A stretch of 64,000 nt of DNA from Octopus sinensis (lineage: Eukaryota). The stretch spans positions 127,968,001 to 128,032,000 of the forward strand of contig NC_042997.1 in NCBI RefSeq assembly GCF_006345805.1. Direction: 5' to 3'. The translations under genes were made by a program, and so were the position numbers. This document shows, one piece after another, positions 37,497 through 50,819 of this stretch (position 1 is its first letter; each line of letters starts with the position of its first letter). Below the pieces are notes generated by a model that did no database searches, had not been told where the DNA came from, and saw only the letters and a program-made list of their open reading frames with translations.

Positions 37497-38745
37497 ACGT
37501 TTTGTTTGGTTGTGTTTGTGTCTGTGTATGTATACACACACACAAATATATTTATATACATGTATATATATAGATACACACATACATATCTATATATATG
37601 TGTGTGTGTGTATGTGTGTGTGTACATATATATATATATAAATATTTATATATATACATATATATATACATTGATATATATATACATGTATATATATATG
37701 CATATGTGTATATAGATATATATTCATACATACATATATACATCCATACATACATACATGCATACATTCATAGATACATACAAACATACATACATACATA
37801 CAAACATACAAACATACATACATACATACATACATACATACATACATAGATGCATACATAGATGCATACATACATACATACATACATACATACATACATA
37901 CATACATACATACATACATAACCTTTATCAAACTTCTCTCACTGTTCTTTTTTGTCTGGTAGCATCGAGCAACATGAGTGAATGCTTCTTCGAGTTCAGA
38001 GAAGAGCACCTTTTGCCATGGGATCTAGCATATTACAACCAACAAAACCACACGGTTCCATAAGTATTGCTTTCAATGTGCAAATGAAGCCGACAGCCTA
38101 GGACTATTATCATCATTAAGCGGTCAGATAACGAGATATCACGCTAAATTTTGCATCGGTTTTCATCTGATAATTTTATCACAGCAATACCTATTTTTAT
38201 ACTGTGGACATAAAAAATGGCCATAAAACCAACATTGGCTTTCTACTCCAATATATAAGATTTCCTGATATAATAAAGACAAAAGAGGAAGAAGAAGAAA
38301 AAAAAACATAAAAGGTATGGACGATATTTGTAGGGAAGAAGAAATAGACATCTTTGTTTATATTTTTGAATAGATAAGAGTTTTGAAAGTGTGGTGAATT
38401 CTGCGGGGAGTCATAAATTGAGTATGAACGGTTATGGACGAGGGAGAACCATGAAAGCAAAGAGTCTGGTTGAGATAATTCTAGCTTCATTATAAATCCA
38501 TTGAAATTCAACAGAATCAGAAAAGAAGCTAACCATAACTAAACTTTCTCATTTCACATTTTGTTAGAATTTATCACAAAATTCTCTAAATTTTTTTTAA
38601 CCTTTTCTTTTTCTCCCCTCTTTCCATTTATTTATTTATTTATTTTGTTTCGTTTTTCCATTCTTTTGTGAGTGAGCGTGTATGCTCATACGTCTGTATG
38701 TGTGCATTTATTCCTTCTTGCATATCTGTATATTCGTGTGACTAA

Positions 38746-38795
<50 letters not shown>

Positions 38796-39327
38796 TTCCC
38801 CTTTGTCGGTGTGTATTTCCGTGTGTTTATAACTCTCGGTATCCGTATGATTTTTTTTTTCTTCTTCATATGTGTCTACATGCGTACATGTGTCTCTCTG
38901 TCTGCCAGTCTCTCTACATGTATATATCTCTTTATTATTTCTCTTCCACAATTAAACATCTTTACTTTTTTTTATTTCTCTATTCCTATTTACACATTCT
39001 TTCCACTTGTCAATTTTTCATTCCATCATTCACCTATATTCATATTTATTCTTATTTTATTTCGCCATTGCAACGTTTTCTTGTTTCTTTCTACATTTTT
39101 TTATTCTAATACATTTTCTCATTTCTCTATTTTATACTCAAATATTTTCTCATTTTCATATTCTTCAGTTCCTTTCTCTATTAGTCTATAAGTTCAACCA
39201 CAACATACCACAGTTACCCACTCACCTCATGCCATATACGATACATTGTACTATGATGTGAAGTTTAGATTTGATACATAAACTGTGTGGTAGGTACACA
39301 CACCATTTATTACACTCACTATGCGTT

Positions 39328-39680
39328 GTACTTAAGTATTTCATCGTATATGAAGTACAGCGTGTATGGTACTTATTTTGAAGTACTCTGTGTGTGTGTA
39401 TGGTGTACAATTAGTGGTACTATATGTTGTACTTACGTATTACATCGTATATAAATTACAACGTGTATGGTACTCATTTTGTAGTACTCTGTATGCGTGC
39501 ATGGGGCACAATTAGTGGTACTATGTATTGTACTTAAGTATTACACAGCGTGTATGGTACTCATTTTGTAGTACTCTGTGTACTTAAGTATTACATCGTA
39601 TATAAATTACAACGTGTACGGTACTCATTTTGAAGTACTCAGTGTGCGTGTATGGTGCACAATTTGTGGTATATTGTATA
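39328..39680. repeat. 101-bp tandem repeat (about 3.5 units, GTAC-rich)
   Basis: GTACTTA(A/C)GTAT anchors at 39328, 39429, 39530 and 39580 (one unit shortened). Confidence 0.85.
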
Positions 39681-41317
39681 CGGAATTATAGTACATTATA
39701 TGTATAGAGTATGTTTATATGTTGTATATTATATTGTGATAGAATCGTTAGAGAGTCAGAAAAACTGCTTTACTACATTTGCTTCAGCTCCGAGTTCAAA
39801 CCATGCTGGGATCAAATTTACCTGTCATACTTTTAGGGTCGTTAAAATGCAGTACCGTTCAATTGCCCTAACTTTGAAATTCTTGGTCTTTTACCTAAAT
39901 TCGAAACCATATTGAAAGATATTTGGTATATATTGTATACTGTACATGTATATGTAAAACTGTGGCACTTCGCATATACCGTACGCCGTGTGTGTTACAC
40001 TCTATGTATGGCATACGTTGCGTATATTAATTTATTGCGTATATGGTACATTGTATTGTCGTGATGGTGACTTGGATGGATTGATGTGGGGCTGGTAAAT
40101 GATGAGATATTTTCATGACAAGCATGGACATGCATGTCACTCAACTGCCTTCGGTACTCTGCAATTAGTTGAGCGATAAAACGATCTTTTATAGGATACA
40201 AGAACATTCGAGAAAACCATAAAACACTACAGCTTCACGCTCATTGGTTGGTTGACTGGTTGGTTGGTTGGTTGTTGGTTGGTTGGTTGGTTGGTTGGTT
40301 GGTTGGTTGGTTGGTTGGTAAGTAGACCGATCACGTGAAACTATGGTGGTTTGCTCGTGGTAAGTTTTCAAATCAACGCTGCGGAATATATGATATATTG
40401 TATGCGAGATATCTACTATATATTGCATGTGTGGTATACAATGTAGTGGGAATTAAACTTGTAATAAGCTTACCCAAAGGTTCGGAGTTCAAATCCCGCT
40501 AAAAGTGGCATTTAAATAACAGCAAAGGGAGACCTAGGAATCACTACCTAAGTGGACTCGGCTCCATTACGGTATCAAAAACCAACGTGCCGAAACAATT
40601 GTTTGACGGGAGGTTTCCTCTAAAGATTTATCCTGCTGTTCTCTCGCCTCGCAGCGAGTTGCGCCTACAATTGATGTACGCGTACAATGTGTGATACACT
40701 AGATATTTCATACGTGTGGTATACAGTATATGTGACATATTGTATGCATGATATACTCCATGGGTGGTGATACAGTATATGTGTAGTATACGTAATATAT
40801 AAGGTAATGTATATGCGATATATTGTCTGTGATACACTGTAAATCTAATGTATATTTTCTATGGAATAGTCCATGTTACATGTGTGGCTGGTTATGTGTG
40901 AAACTTTGAGAAGCACTCGTGATAGAGTTTATTTTTGGAAACAGCTCATCATTCCTTCCAGCATAACTTGGGGTTTCTTCTTATGTGCGGTCATTTGGGC
41001 AATGTCGATAGTGAATGTAATCTGCCGGTAAGCACTGCTTAGGACGGTTTTAATAGCCAAGAAAGGTCAGATGAAAGTCGCGTCGTATTTTAACAGATGC
41101 TTTTGCTACAAACAAAGAAATACTTGTAAGAGTTGCTAACATATTAATGATAATATCTTGGGAAGAGCTATTTATACACACACGCAAACGCGCGCATGCG
41201 TACACACCCACACACACACACACAGAAACAAGTAGATAGATAAGTAGATATTATAATCTCTATACAACGAATGTAGCTGAACATGTTTATGCATAAACAT
41301 AATGCAGCTTACAGATG

Positions 41318-42455
41318 TATCAGGTCATCTCATAAGTTCAGTCCGATATTACCTTTTTAAAATTGAATGAAATTTAATAGTATTTTAAAATGTCTAATGG
41401 AATTAAAAATTATTTTTATGCAATTGTGTTCATTTAAATTAATTAAATATTATTTTACAGAATAATAGAATTAAAATTTATTTGATTAAAACCCTTTCTA
41501 ACATGGAAGTATCCAAAGAGCATTTGAGGCACATAATGCTTTATGAGTACAAAAAAGGAAACTCTGCCGCCGAAGCGACTCGAAACATACACTCAGTGTA
41601 TGGGAAAGAATGCTTGAATGAAAGAAATTGCAGAAGATGCTTTGCAAAATTCAGAAGTGGAGATTTCAGCCTTGAAGATGAAGATCGAACAGGACGTCCA
41701 GTTGAGTTTGATGATAAGCTCCTTGAGGCATTACTTGAAGAAAATCCTACATTACCAGTTGAAGAATTGGCAATAAAGCTTAGTTCAAACCATACAACTG
41801 TTCATCGTCATCTTCAACAACTTGGAAAGTTTTCTAAACTTGGAAAATGGGTGCCTCATGAATTGTTCGAAAGCAACCGCAAATCCCAAGTTGACATATG
41901 CTCTTCTCTCCATTCTCGCGAACTCATTTCACCCTTTTTGGATAGACTTGTGACTGGTGATGAAAAATGGATTTCTATCGAAATGTTAAATGTCGTAAAC
42001 AGTGGCTTGGTAAATGGGAAAAAGCTCAGCCACAACCGAGAAGGGAACTTCATGGGAAAAAGGTTCTTCCCTCTATCTGGTGGGATTGCAAAGGAGTAAT
42101 TCACTTTGAATTGTTACCACCTAATGCAACAATCAATGCTCAAGTCTACTGTCAGCAATTAGAGTGTTTGAACCAAGCTTTGAAGAAAAAAAGACGCTCT
42201 TTAGTGAATTGAAAAGTAGTGATGTTTCATCAGGACAATGCACGACCCCACACTGCAAAGATGACATCACTGGAGATCGAAGAGCTTAGTTGGGAAAAAA
42301 ATTCCTCATCCACCTTATTTTCCCGACCTTGCTCCTTCAGACTACCATTTGTTTGTAGTTTACAGAATCATTTGGGGGGGACATCACTTTCGCAAGCCAG
42401 GAGGTGGTCGAAACTGACATTTCAGAGTTCTTCGCTTTGAAACCAAAAGAGTTTA
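41318..42455 (+). mobile_element. Mariner transposon, 3'-truncated, frameshifted transposase
   Basis: TA plus TCAGGTCATCTCATAAGTT left end; ORF from ATG at 41503 with HTH region, KWVPHEL, LVTGDEKWI, HQDNARPH and a frameshifted (Y)SPDLAPSDY. Confidence 0.95.
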
Positions 42456-43264
42456 TACGTTCTTGTCCATGTTGTATTTTTCTACATACCTTAACATATA
42501 TTCCAGGCGCCCCGTACCCACCTTATCATTAATGTGAGCACATATTCTTAATAATTGGTACGACTCTCTTTTTGTCTCCCTCTCTCTCTCATTTTTACTT
42601 GATCTGTCCCCCTCTCTCTCTCTTTGTCTCGCTCTGCACTCACAGGTCATTCTCTCGACACCCATCCCTTCTCCTCTCTGATCCCGTCTTTCTCTCTCTT
42701 CTCTCTCTTTGTTGCGTTTTGTCCCTCGTCTCTCTCTCTCTTCCTTTGCTTCTCTTTCTTTTCTTTTCCCTCTTCTCTGTCACGTGACTGTTGGCCGAAA
42801 TCTGCCTTTCAGCTCCTGACCCTCGTCGTGTTAACATCGTTGTTTTTCGTCCGCCGCTATAAAGGCTTCTTCCAATGCGCCAGAGAAAAAATTGTTTGCT
42901 TGTTATCAGTCGTAAGACACTTGTTGTTTTCACCGTTAATGCTTCTGTATTTCATGTTTCTGTATTCCATTATTGTTTTTGTTTTTTTTATATCTGTCCC
43001 TTTTGCTGTCCTGGTGTTCGTATGCATTCGATCCTTCTTCCAGGAAATCTACGCTTCCAGCTTAGTTTTTCTAATGCTCGTTGCTTATTTTTTCTTGGAG
43101 GGCTGGCCGTGATCTAGTAATCTCAAGATTAATCAGCCGAATTACTACGATGATCCGGTTCTTGACTGAAGACTGAGGGGTTCGAATGTCCTGTCCATGT
43201 TTATTGTGTCGTCTTCTAAGAGTTATACGTTCTTGTCCATGTTGTATTTTTCTACATACCTTAA
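42453..43264. mobile_element. Non-coding element bounded by 42-bp identical direct repeats
   Basis: TTATACGTTCTTGTCCATGTTGTATTTTTCTACATACCTTAA at 42453-42494 and 43223-43264; ends in (TA)n; truncates the mariner. Confidence 0.6.
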
Positions 43265-43291
43265 TATATATATAATATATATATTATATAT

Positions 43292-43337
<46 letters not shown>

Positions 43338-43340
43338 ATA

Positions 43341-43540
43341 AAGTTAATTCAAACATGAAAACACAACAACGCGAGGACGTTTAACAAATAGAGTATTAGT
43401 GGACGCTCAAGAAGGAAGGGAAGAAGGAGGGTTTTACGTTTCGAGCGGAGCTCTTCGTCAGAAACATAGGAAAAGGAAAGATCCAGAGATGGGATGACGG
43501 AGGGAAAAAAATCGCCAACGGTACACACGCGGTCACATGC
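43341..43540 (-). mobile_element. (TA)n-flanked short element containing a minimal hammerhead motif (probable PLE-type terminal repeat)
   Basis: Bounded by (TA)n arrays on both sides; contains the HHR at 43431-43465. Confidence 0.65.
43431..43465 (-). ncRNA. Minimal type-I hammerhead ribozyme motif
   Basis: GUUU-CUGACGA-A-GAGC UCC GCUC-GAAAC GU A-AAAC: full core, 4-bp stem II, 4-bp stem I, stem III reduced to the self-complementary ACGU. Confidence 0.7.
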
Positions 43541-43759
43541 ATATATTTATATATTATTTATATTATATAGAGAGAGAAAGAGAGAGGGAGGGAGAGAGGT
43601 GGAGAGAGAGACACTTTTAAGTGCTAACGCACGAAACTTTCGACCCTTGAATCACTGTTACTTTTACTGAATTTTGTTAAAAAACGTAAATATACTTATG
43701 TTTTGAGTTCCCTTTTTCTGTTTACTTTCCCGTCTGTTTGTGTGTGTGAGAGAGAGTAC

Positions 43760-43822
<63 letters not shown>

Positions 43823-45740
43823 GTACTCTCACACTCATAATGCGCAGATTTTGAACCTTTGACGCTGGTCAGTTATACATCAATCAAAGGACGCTACATA
43901 CTCAAAGCCTATCCTCTCTTTCCTTCAAGACCCACTTCTTATCCTCTGTTCTTTCACTCATTTTAATGCCCACTGCCTCTCTCTCTCGGGCTTTGAATCA
44001 TACCACTCGCCCCTACACATCATCAACGTATCACCACTACCGTCAGCACCGTCATCATATCATCATCGTCACCACCAAGATCCTCTCCCTACACTCTATT
44101 TGTCTTAATTGTTGAACGATGTTCGTGTTGCTGTTGTTTGATGCTATTGTTTCCTAAAATCCGGCACACGACTAACTTGTTGCCACAACTTCCGTTCAAT
44201 TAGTGATTAAGTGGTAAAGGGCTGAAACAGCGTAAGTCAGTTTTCAGTTGAGTCTGGCATTTTGTGTCGCCCTACTCTAGTCTGACGTCAAAGTTGACTG
44301 TCAACTGGTTGCCACTGCTGGACACTCTATGATCAACATACTAATACATCCGACAACTGACATTTGACATTTCTAGCTGGCTTCCTCGTCTTTTATATTC
44401 TGCCGCCATCGCTGTCGCTATCGACGTTGCCGTTGCTTAGATCGTTACTGCTACCACCAACATCACCATCATCATCATAATCTTGTTCCCACCACCATCG
44501 TTACCATCATGAGGATGAATAAAATCCTGCAAAAGCAATAAAACAAACAATTATTATCGAAATCTTAGAATATTGGGATAAGCAACTTATAACTGCTTCC
44601 TAAGCTCTTAGGAAGTGACAGAAGCCGTTACACTGATGTCAGAACATTACACCAATGTACCTAATTCTTCATCTTACATCTTTATTCCACAACCAATTGT
44701 AACATACTCTTGTTATATATAACTATAGACCTAACCGGACACGCTATACAATTTACTATTTCATTACTACAATGAACCAAATTACACTGTACTACTCCAC
44801 AACTGAACAATACAACAACACTGTACCATTTCACACTACAGTGAGCTATATCAGATACTACTATACTATTACAATGAACTATAGTACGCACAATAACACC
44901 ACACAACACTGAACTACATTACATAGTTCTACGCTTTTATTTATTGATATTTTGTTTTCATGCAAATGTTGAACTTAAATGTTATGGTAAAATTAAAATA
45001 ATAAATTATTATATGAGTATTTTGGGGTGGAACGTGCAATTTCTTGTAAGCCAGACTGCATCATGACCCCAGCAGATAAAATGGAAAAGGCGTTGTCCCG
45101 GAGAATGGCGAGTGAGATGTGCTGGAACAGTGAGGGAGATACGGAGCTATAGCATACGCATACACTACAACAATACACTATACAGAACTATATCAGATAG
45201 TATTATACTATTACAATGAACTATAGCACACACTACAACACCACACAACACTGAACTATATGAGATCGTACCACACTAGTACAATGAGCTATACCATTCT
45301 GTATTACATTACTACGCGGAGCTACACACTGTTTCACTGCAATACCTAAACTACATGATATTGTACCGATAAACCATTACAACGAGTGCATTTTTCTTGT
45401 GTAGCACTACAGAGCAATATTCTATACCCATGTACCATTGTACCATCACAACACGTTGCATATCATAATGTGTTAATATATTACATAGAACCACATTACA
45501 CCATACTACGAAATATTACATTACCCCACACCGTGCACTACTCAACATTATCCGCTCCGTACTTTATAGCATTATATACATTACATTACACAATATTAGA
45601 CCACATTACCCAGCATTACACTAACTTGAGCTTCAGCAGCTTCTTGAGGTGGACATGAGACGTTAAGACACATGTTTTGCTGCCGCTTATTTGTTGTCGG
45701 TGATTCGACGCTGACTTATTTGATGTCAGACGTTCTAATG

Positions 45741-45782
<42 letters not shown>

Positions 45783-45810
45783 CTCTCCTCTCTCTCTATC
45801 TCTCTCTCTC

Positions 45811-45841
<31 letters not shown>

Positions 45842-45849
45842 TCTCTCTA

Positions 45850-45923
<74 letters not shown>

Positions 45924-46550
45924 ATGTATGCAAAGCATCTGATTATCTACATGTTATGTTTTTCTCTCTTCAGCTCTCCCTTTCTCTCAGTACGTATACA
46001 TTGCAGCAAGCGTGCAATGTCTGTTCACTCCAGTGTCAAAACATATTAATTACGAAGCAAATATTGGATGTCACTTTCACTTTTCATTACCAGACGAGAA
46101 AATTAACTCGCATATGACTGAGTATTCCACAGACAAGCATACCATTAACGTAGTTCTCGGGGAGATTCAGCCTCACACAGAATGTGATAAGGCTGGCCCC
46201 TTTCAATTACAGCTACAACTCATTTTGGCCAGCTGAGTGGACTGGAGCAAGATAAACCTTCAAGTGGTCAGAAGAAAACAAAAACAAAAGATCCCATATA
46301 GAGGCAGGAAAATCTTTTTTAGTTGTTATGGTCACTATGGGTGTTAATCCGGTCCTAACAGCCGCATTTGTGGGTTTCACAGATCTGGAGGCCAAGCCCT
46401 CAGAAAAACACCGATTCGCGGGCTGTTGTTATCAAATTGAGCGTGAGTCGAGGGCAAGTACACGACCGAACAGCAATTATTTCGTCTTAGATGTCACTGC
46501 TTTCACATGACATTTTTGCCTTACAATAAGGAACATTTCATTTTTTTTTT

Positions 46551-46877
46551 TAAAGTCACTGTCGCTTACGATGACGAGGTTCCTGTTTACCTGATCAACG
46601 GAATAGTCTGTTCATAAAATTAACGCGCAAGTGGCTGAATACTCCACAGACATACATACCATAACGTAGTTCTCAGGGAGATTCAGCCTCACACAGAATG
46701 TAAGAAGGCTGACCCCTTTGAATGAATTACAGCTACTACTCATTTTTCCAGCTGAGTGGGCTGCAGCAAGGTGAAATAGAGTACCTTGCTCAAGAACACA
46801 ACGCGCCGCCGGGAATCATACTCATGACTTTACGATCGTGGGCCGAATATCCCTAACCACTGAGCCACGCACCTTCA
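46551..46877 (-). mobile_element. SINE family E (head and central domain shared with D, different 3' part)
   Basis: Head GTGAAGGTGCGTGGCTCAGTGGTTAGGG; a second partial copy at about 46100-46260. Confidence 0.8.
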
Positions 46878-47401
46878 CTCTCTTAACCGTAGAGAAAAAG
46901 AATGAAGCGATAGAGACAGAGAAAGGAAAGCATCAGTCATTTACAATGACAATTAGACTGAAATATGATCGATATTTTCTAACTTTACTTTTAACAAAGA
47001 AGAAGAGCGAAATACATTTGGTAATGAATAGAGGGCAAGTCTTTCAGGTGTTTACATTTTTTATTCTGGGAGTTCTAGAACGGTCGAGTGTTAGTTCTCT
47101 CTTCTTTCCCCCACCCCCGGTACTTATTCGCCTTCTTTCATAGTTAGTCATGACTTTTAGTTGGGGGGGGGACCATGTTTTTTTGTTTGTTTGTTTCAGG
47201 CATGTTTAATGTTTTCTCTACAAATTACGAACAAACCCCGCTCCCCTACTTTTTTTTTTACATACAAAAAACTAATGCAAATTTCGAACGAGATATAACT
47301 GTGAAAAGAGCCCAGAGAAATGGGTAATACCCACTACAAAATGGGTGGAAGAGAAAAGTTACCAACAGGTGGCTACAAGAAATTCAACTCTTACTTTAAA
47401 G

Positions 47402-47750
47402 AGTGTCTTCTACTATAGCCTCGGGCCGACCAAAGCCTCGTGAGTGAATTTGCTAGGCGAAAACTGAAAGAAGCCCGTCGTATGTGTGTATGTACGTGTG
47501 TGTGCGCGTGTGCGTGCGCGTGTGTGTATGTGTGTGTATTTAAGTGTGTTTGTCCCCGCAGCACCATTGCTTGACAACAGATGATGGTGTGTTTACGTCC
47601 CCATAATTTAGCTGTTCGGCAGAAGACACTGATAGAATAAGCACCAGGCTTACAGGGAGTGAGTCCAGGTGTCGATTTCTTCGACTGAAGGGCGATGATC
47701 CAGCATGGCCACCGTCAAATGACTGAAAGAAGTAAAAGAATAAAAGAATA
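47402..47750 (+). mobile_element. SINE family C, 5'-truncated
   Basis: Body and GTAAAAGAATAAAAGAA tail. Confidence 0.88.
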
Positions 47751-48003
47751 CCAGAAGAACGTTCCGTACCACTAAACCAAGAAGGTTCTTTGAATATGTA
47801 CAATGTATTTTAAGGCTAAATAGCAGTTCTGTTTACGTTTGCGTAACTGATATATTTTGGTTGGATTATATAGTTGTCGGTTTTACACTTCTTTCTATAT
47901 TCTGTAACTGTTACTATATAGAAACATTTCTCATGGCACCAGCGCACAATTTACAGATGCTTACATTTTTTGTTTTCCGTGAATTTTGCACGGATTTAGC
48001 TAG

Positions 48004-48020
48004 TAATAATAATAATAATA

Positions 48021-48077
<57 letters not shown>

Positions 48078-48122
48078 CTACTGAATAATAATAATAATAA
48101 TATAATAATAATAATAATAATA

Positions 48123-48155
<33 letters not shown>

Positions 48156-48583
48156 TAATAATAATAATAATAAATACTTTCTACTATAGGCACAAGACCT
48201 GGGATTTGTGGGAAGGGAGATAGTCGAATACATCAACCCCACCAGTACTTGCCTGGTTCTTGATTTATTGACTCTAAAAGAATGAAAGGCAAAGTCGTCC
48301 TCGGTGGAATTTGAACTCAGAACGGAAAGACAGGCGAAATACCTATTTCTTTATTACCCACAAGGGGCTACACACATAGATACAAACAAGGACAGACAAA
48401 CGGATTAAGTCGATTACATCGACCCTAGTGCGTAACTGGTACTTAATTTATCGACCCCGAAAGGTTGAAAGGCAAAGTCGACCTCGGCGGAATTTGAACT
48501 CAGAACGTAGCTGCAGACTGGTAGCCGAAATACTGCTAAGCATTTTGCACGGCGTGCTAACAACTCTGCCAGCTCGCCACCTT
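48004..48583 (-). mobile_element. SINE family A dimer (A unit plus older unit) with a long (ATT)n tail
   Basis: Head at 48583; junction GAAATACC|TATTTCT at 48343/48344; older 3' end TTGTGCCTATAGTAGAAAG followed by (ATT)n at 48004-48174. Confidence 0.9.
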
Positions 48584-48736
48584 AATGATGATGATGTGGA
48601 GGAGGAGGGGGGGAGGAGGAGGAGAAGAAGAAGAAGAAGAAGAAGAAGAAGAAGAAGAAAGTCTAAAGGCATAATTGGGTAAACAAAGATGTTAATGATG
48701 ATGGATGATGTGAAAAAGAGGCATCTGGCGAACATA

Positions 48737-48772
<36 letters not shown>

Positions 48773-50218
48773 GTATTATCATACAAAACACCATCAAAAT
48801 GCACATGCTAGTAAACACCACCATGTACATACATGTGACTTACTGTACTGTCATATACTTTGACTCATGAAACTGCTACAGACTCTCCTTCTAGATAGAT
48901 CATTAGATCGACGGCAACACAAGTTCAATGTCCTCTCTGCAATAGCCGCTGTGGCACGAATTCATTCAGGAAGAATAATTGAATTATTTTCTAATAGAAC
49001 TGTCATCTCAGAGAAGGTAATTTATTTGCTATGCAATTCTAATTTTCTACGCCAATTTGAGTTTAATTTTGTACAATTACTTAGTGATTTCCTCTTCACT
49101 TCTTTGGTGAGTACGTTAACGTTCATGGTTCGCTTAAGAGATCTAGTAAAATTGAAACATGCCAGGAGTTGTCTTCCCTAATTGTCGAAATTATTGAAAC
49201 AAGTCAATGACTAATATTGAGCTTTCTGCATCTCGTAATTACTTTCACTTAACTTTTTAATACTATTAAATGTTAGCACTAAGTTAACTCTGAAAGGTTG
49301 TGGTTTAGTAATTAGGCTGTTACGTTCATGTTCAAAGGTAATGGCTTCGATTTCCAGGCGATGCGCTGTTTATTTCATGTTACTCCAATGCCCTCAACTC
49401 TAAAAGATTAGCTCCGCGAAGGACTGACGTCATGGAAACCAGATAACCAGCCCTATGAGTTTTATGATTCTAGTCAGTACGCTGCTTTGCGAAATTGACT
49501 ATCACTTTTCATGGTGATGGCATCTCTGAGTAATTTATGTTGCTGTGGATAATATTAGATTATTCCCCGACATGCATTCATTTCTTTTAACTAATCGTAG
49601 TAAAGCATAGCTTTCTAGAGAGAGATGTCTAAGAACAAACCTCAACCCAGAAAAGAGGCAATAGAACGGGGGTAAATTTTATAGGTGAAACATATTAAAG
49701 TTGAGAACGAATGGAGAATAGTCTTTATGAGATTGATAAATAATTAAACCTAAACTTAGATCAATAACAAACGATGATGTATTGATAACTGGTCTTTGAA
49801 ATATAGACTTTTAAATTTTGGCATAAGACCAAAAATCATGTGTGAGGAAGTATAATAGATTAAAACGAACCCAATACTTGTCTGCTATTTATTTTATAGA
49901 ACTCAAACTGATAAAAGATAAAGTCGATTCCAGTGGGATTTGAAATCATGCGGCAAAGAGACATTATTAAATATGCCCTGCATTCTACATTTTTTGCTCT
50001 TCAGACGTATGAATGACCCTGGTTAAGCTATAGGCTCAGCAGGTTGAGGTCTAGAAATTCAAAATATAGCGAGGGCAAGTGTGTATAATAATTCTTATGC
50101 TGTCATAGGTTTTTTGAGGGGTACCTCACTAGTTGAATAGCCTAGCGCCTCTCTCCATCTAAATTCGGCCCTGGGCCCTGAGTTTTATATATAAAGATGT
50201 TCACTAGAATTGTTGGTA

Positions 50219-50451
50219 TACTCTTTTACTTGTCTCGGACATGTGACTACGGCTATGCTGGAGCACCGCCTTTAGTCGAGCAAATCGACCTCAGGACTTA
50301 TTCTTTTGTAAGCCTAGTACTTATTCTATCGGTCTCTTTTGCCGAACTACTAAGTTACGGGGACGTAAACACACCAGCATCGGTTGTCAAGCGATGTTGG
50401 GGGGACAAACACAGACACACAAACACACACAAACATACACACACACATACG

Positions 50452-50486
<35 letters not shown>

Positions 50487-50627
50487 ACGACGGGCTTCTT
50501 TCAGTTTCTGTCTACCAAATCCACTTACAAAGCTTTGGTCGGCCTGAGGCTATAGAAGAAGACACTTGCCCAAGGTGCTATGCAGTGGGATTGAACCCGG
50601 AACCATGTGCTTCGTAAGCAAGCTACT
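50219..50627 (-). mobile_element. SINE family C, head truncated
   Basis: Body and tail match family C. Confidence 0.9.
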
Positions 50628-50819
50628 CCTACGAAATGTATATATACAAAATATACCGAGAGTTGTTGCTGTAGAACTAAACCCTTGACTAACTTCCCCA
50701 GAGAAAGAGGAAATGCTATGGTGTAAGCGGGGGAGTTGAAGTAACAACTACATTCATGCATACACAAACACAGACACGCACGCAAATACATACACACACT
50801 CCTGTTGCCGGTATTGCTC

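Noticed and set aside
37923-38024. Apparent 102-nt minus-strand exon (IPWQKVLFSELEEAF...SERSLIK)
   Set aside because: Better explained as a decayed RTE C-terminal segment (IPKQ.LYSEL...LKRSL pattern); the donor is weak and abuts a microsatellite.
43166-43195. CTGAAGA...GAATGTC hammerhead-like string
   Set aside because: Stem II and stem I do not pair and GAAA is incomplete.
44650-45620. Low-complexity ACTAC/ACAC block with a ~70-bp internal duplication
   Set aside because: Ordinary decayed pentanucleotide-type repeat; no further structure seen.
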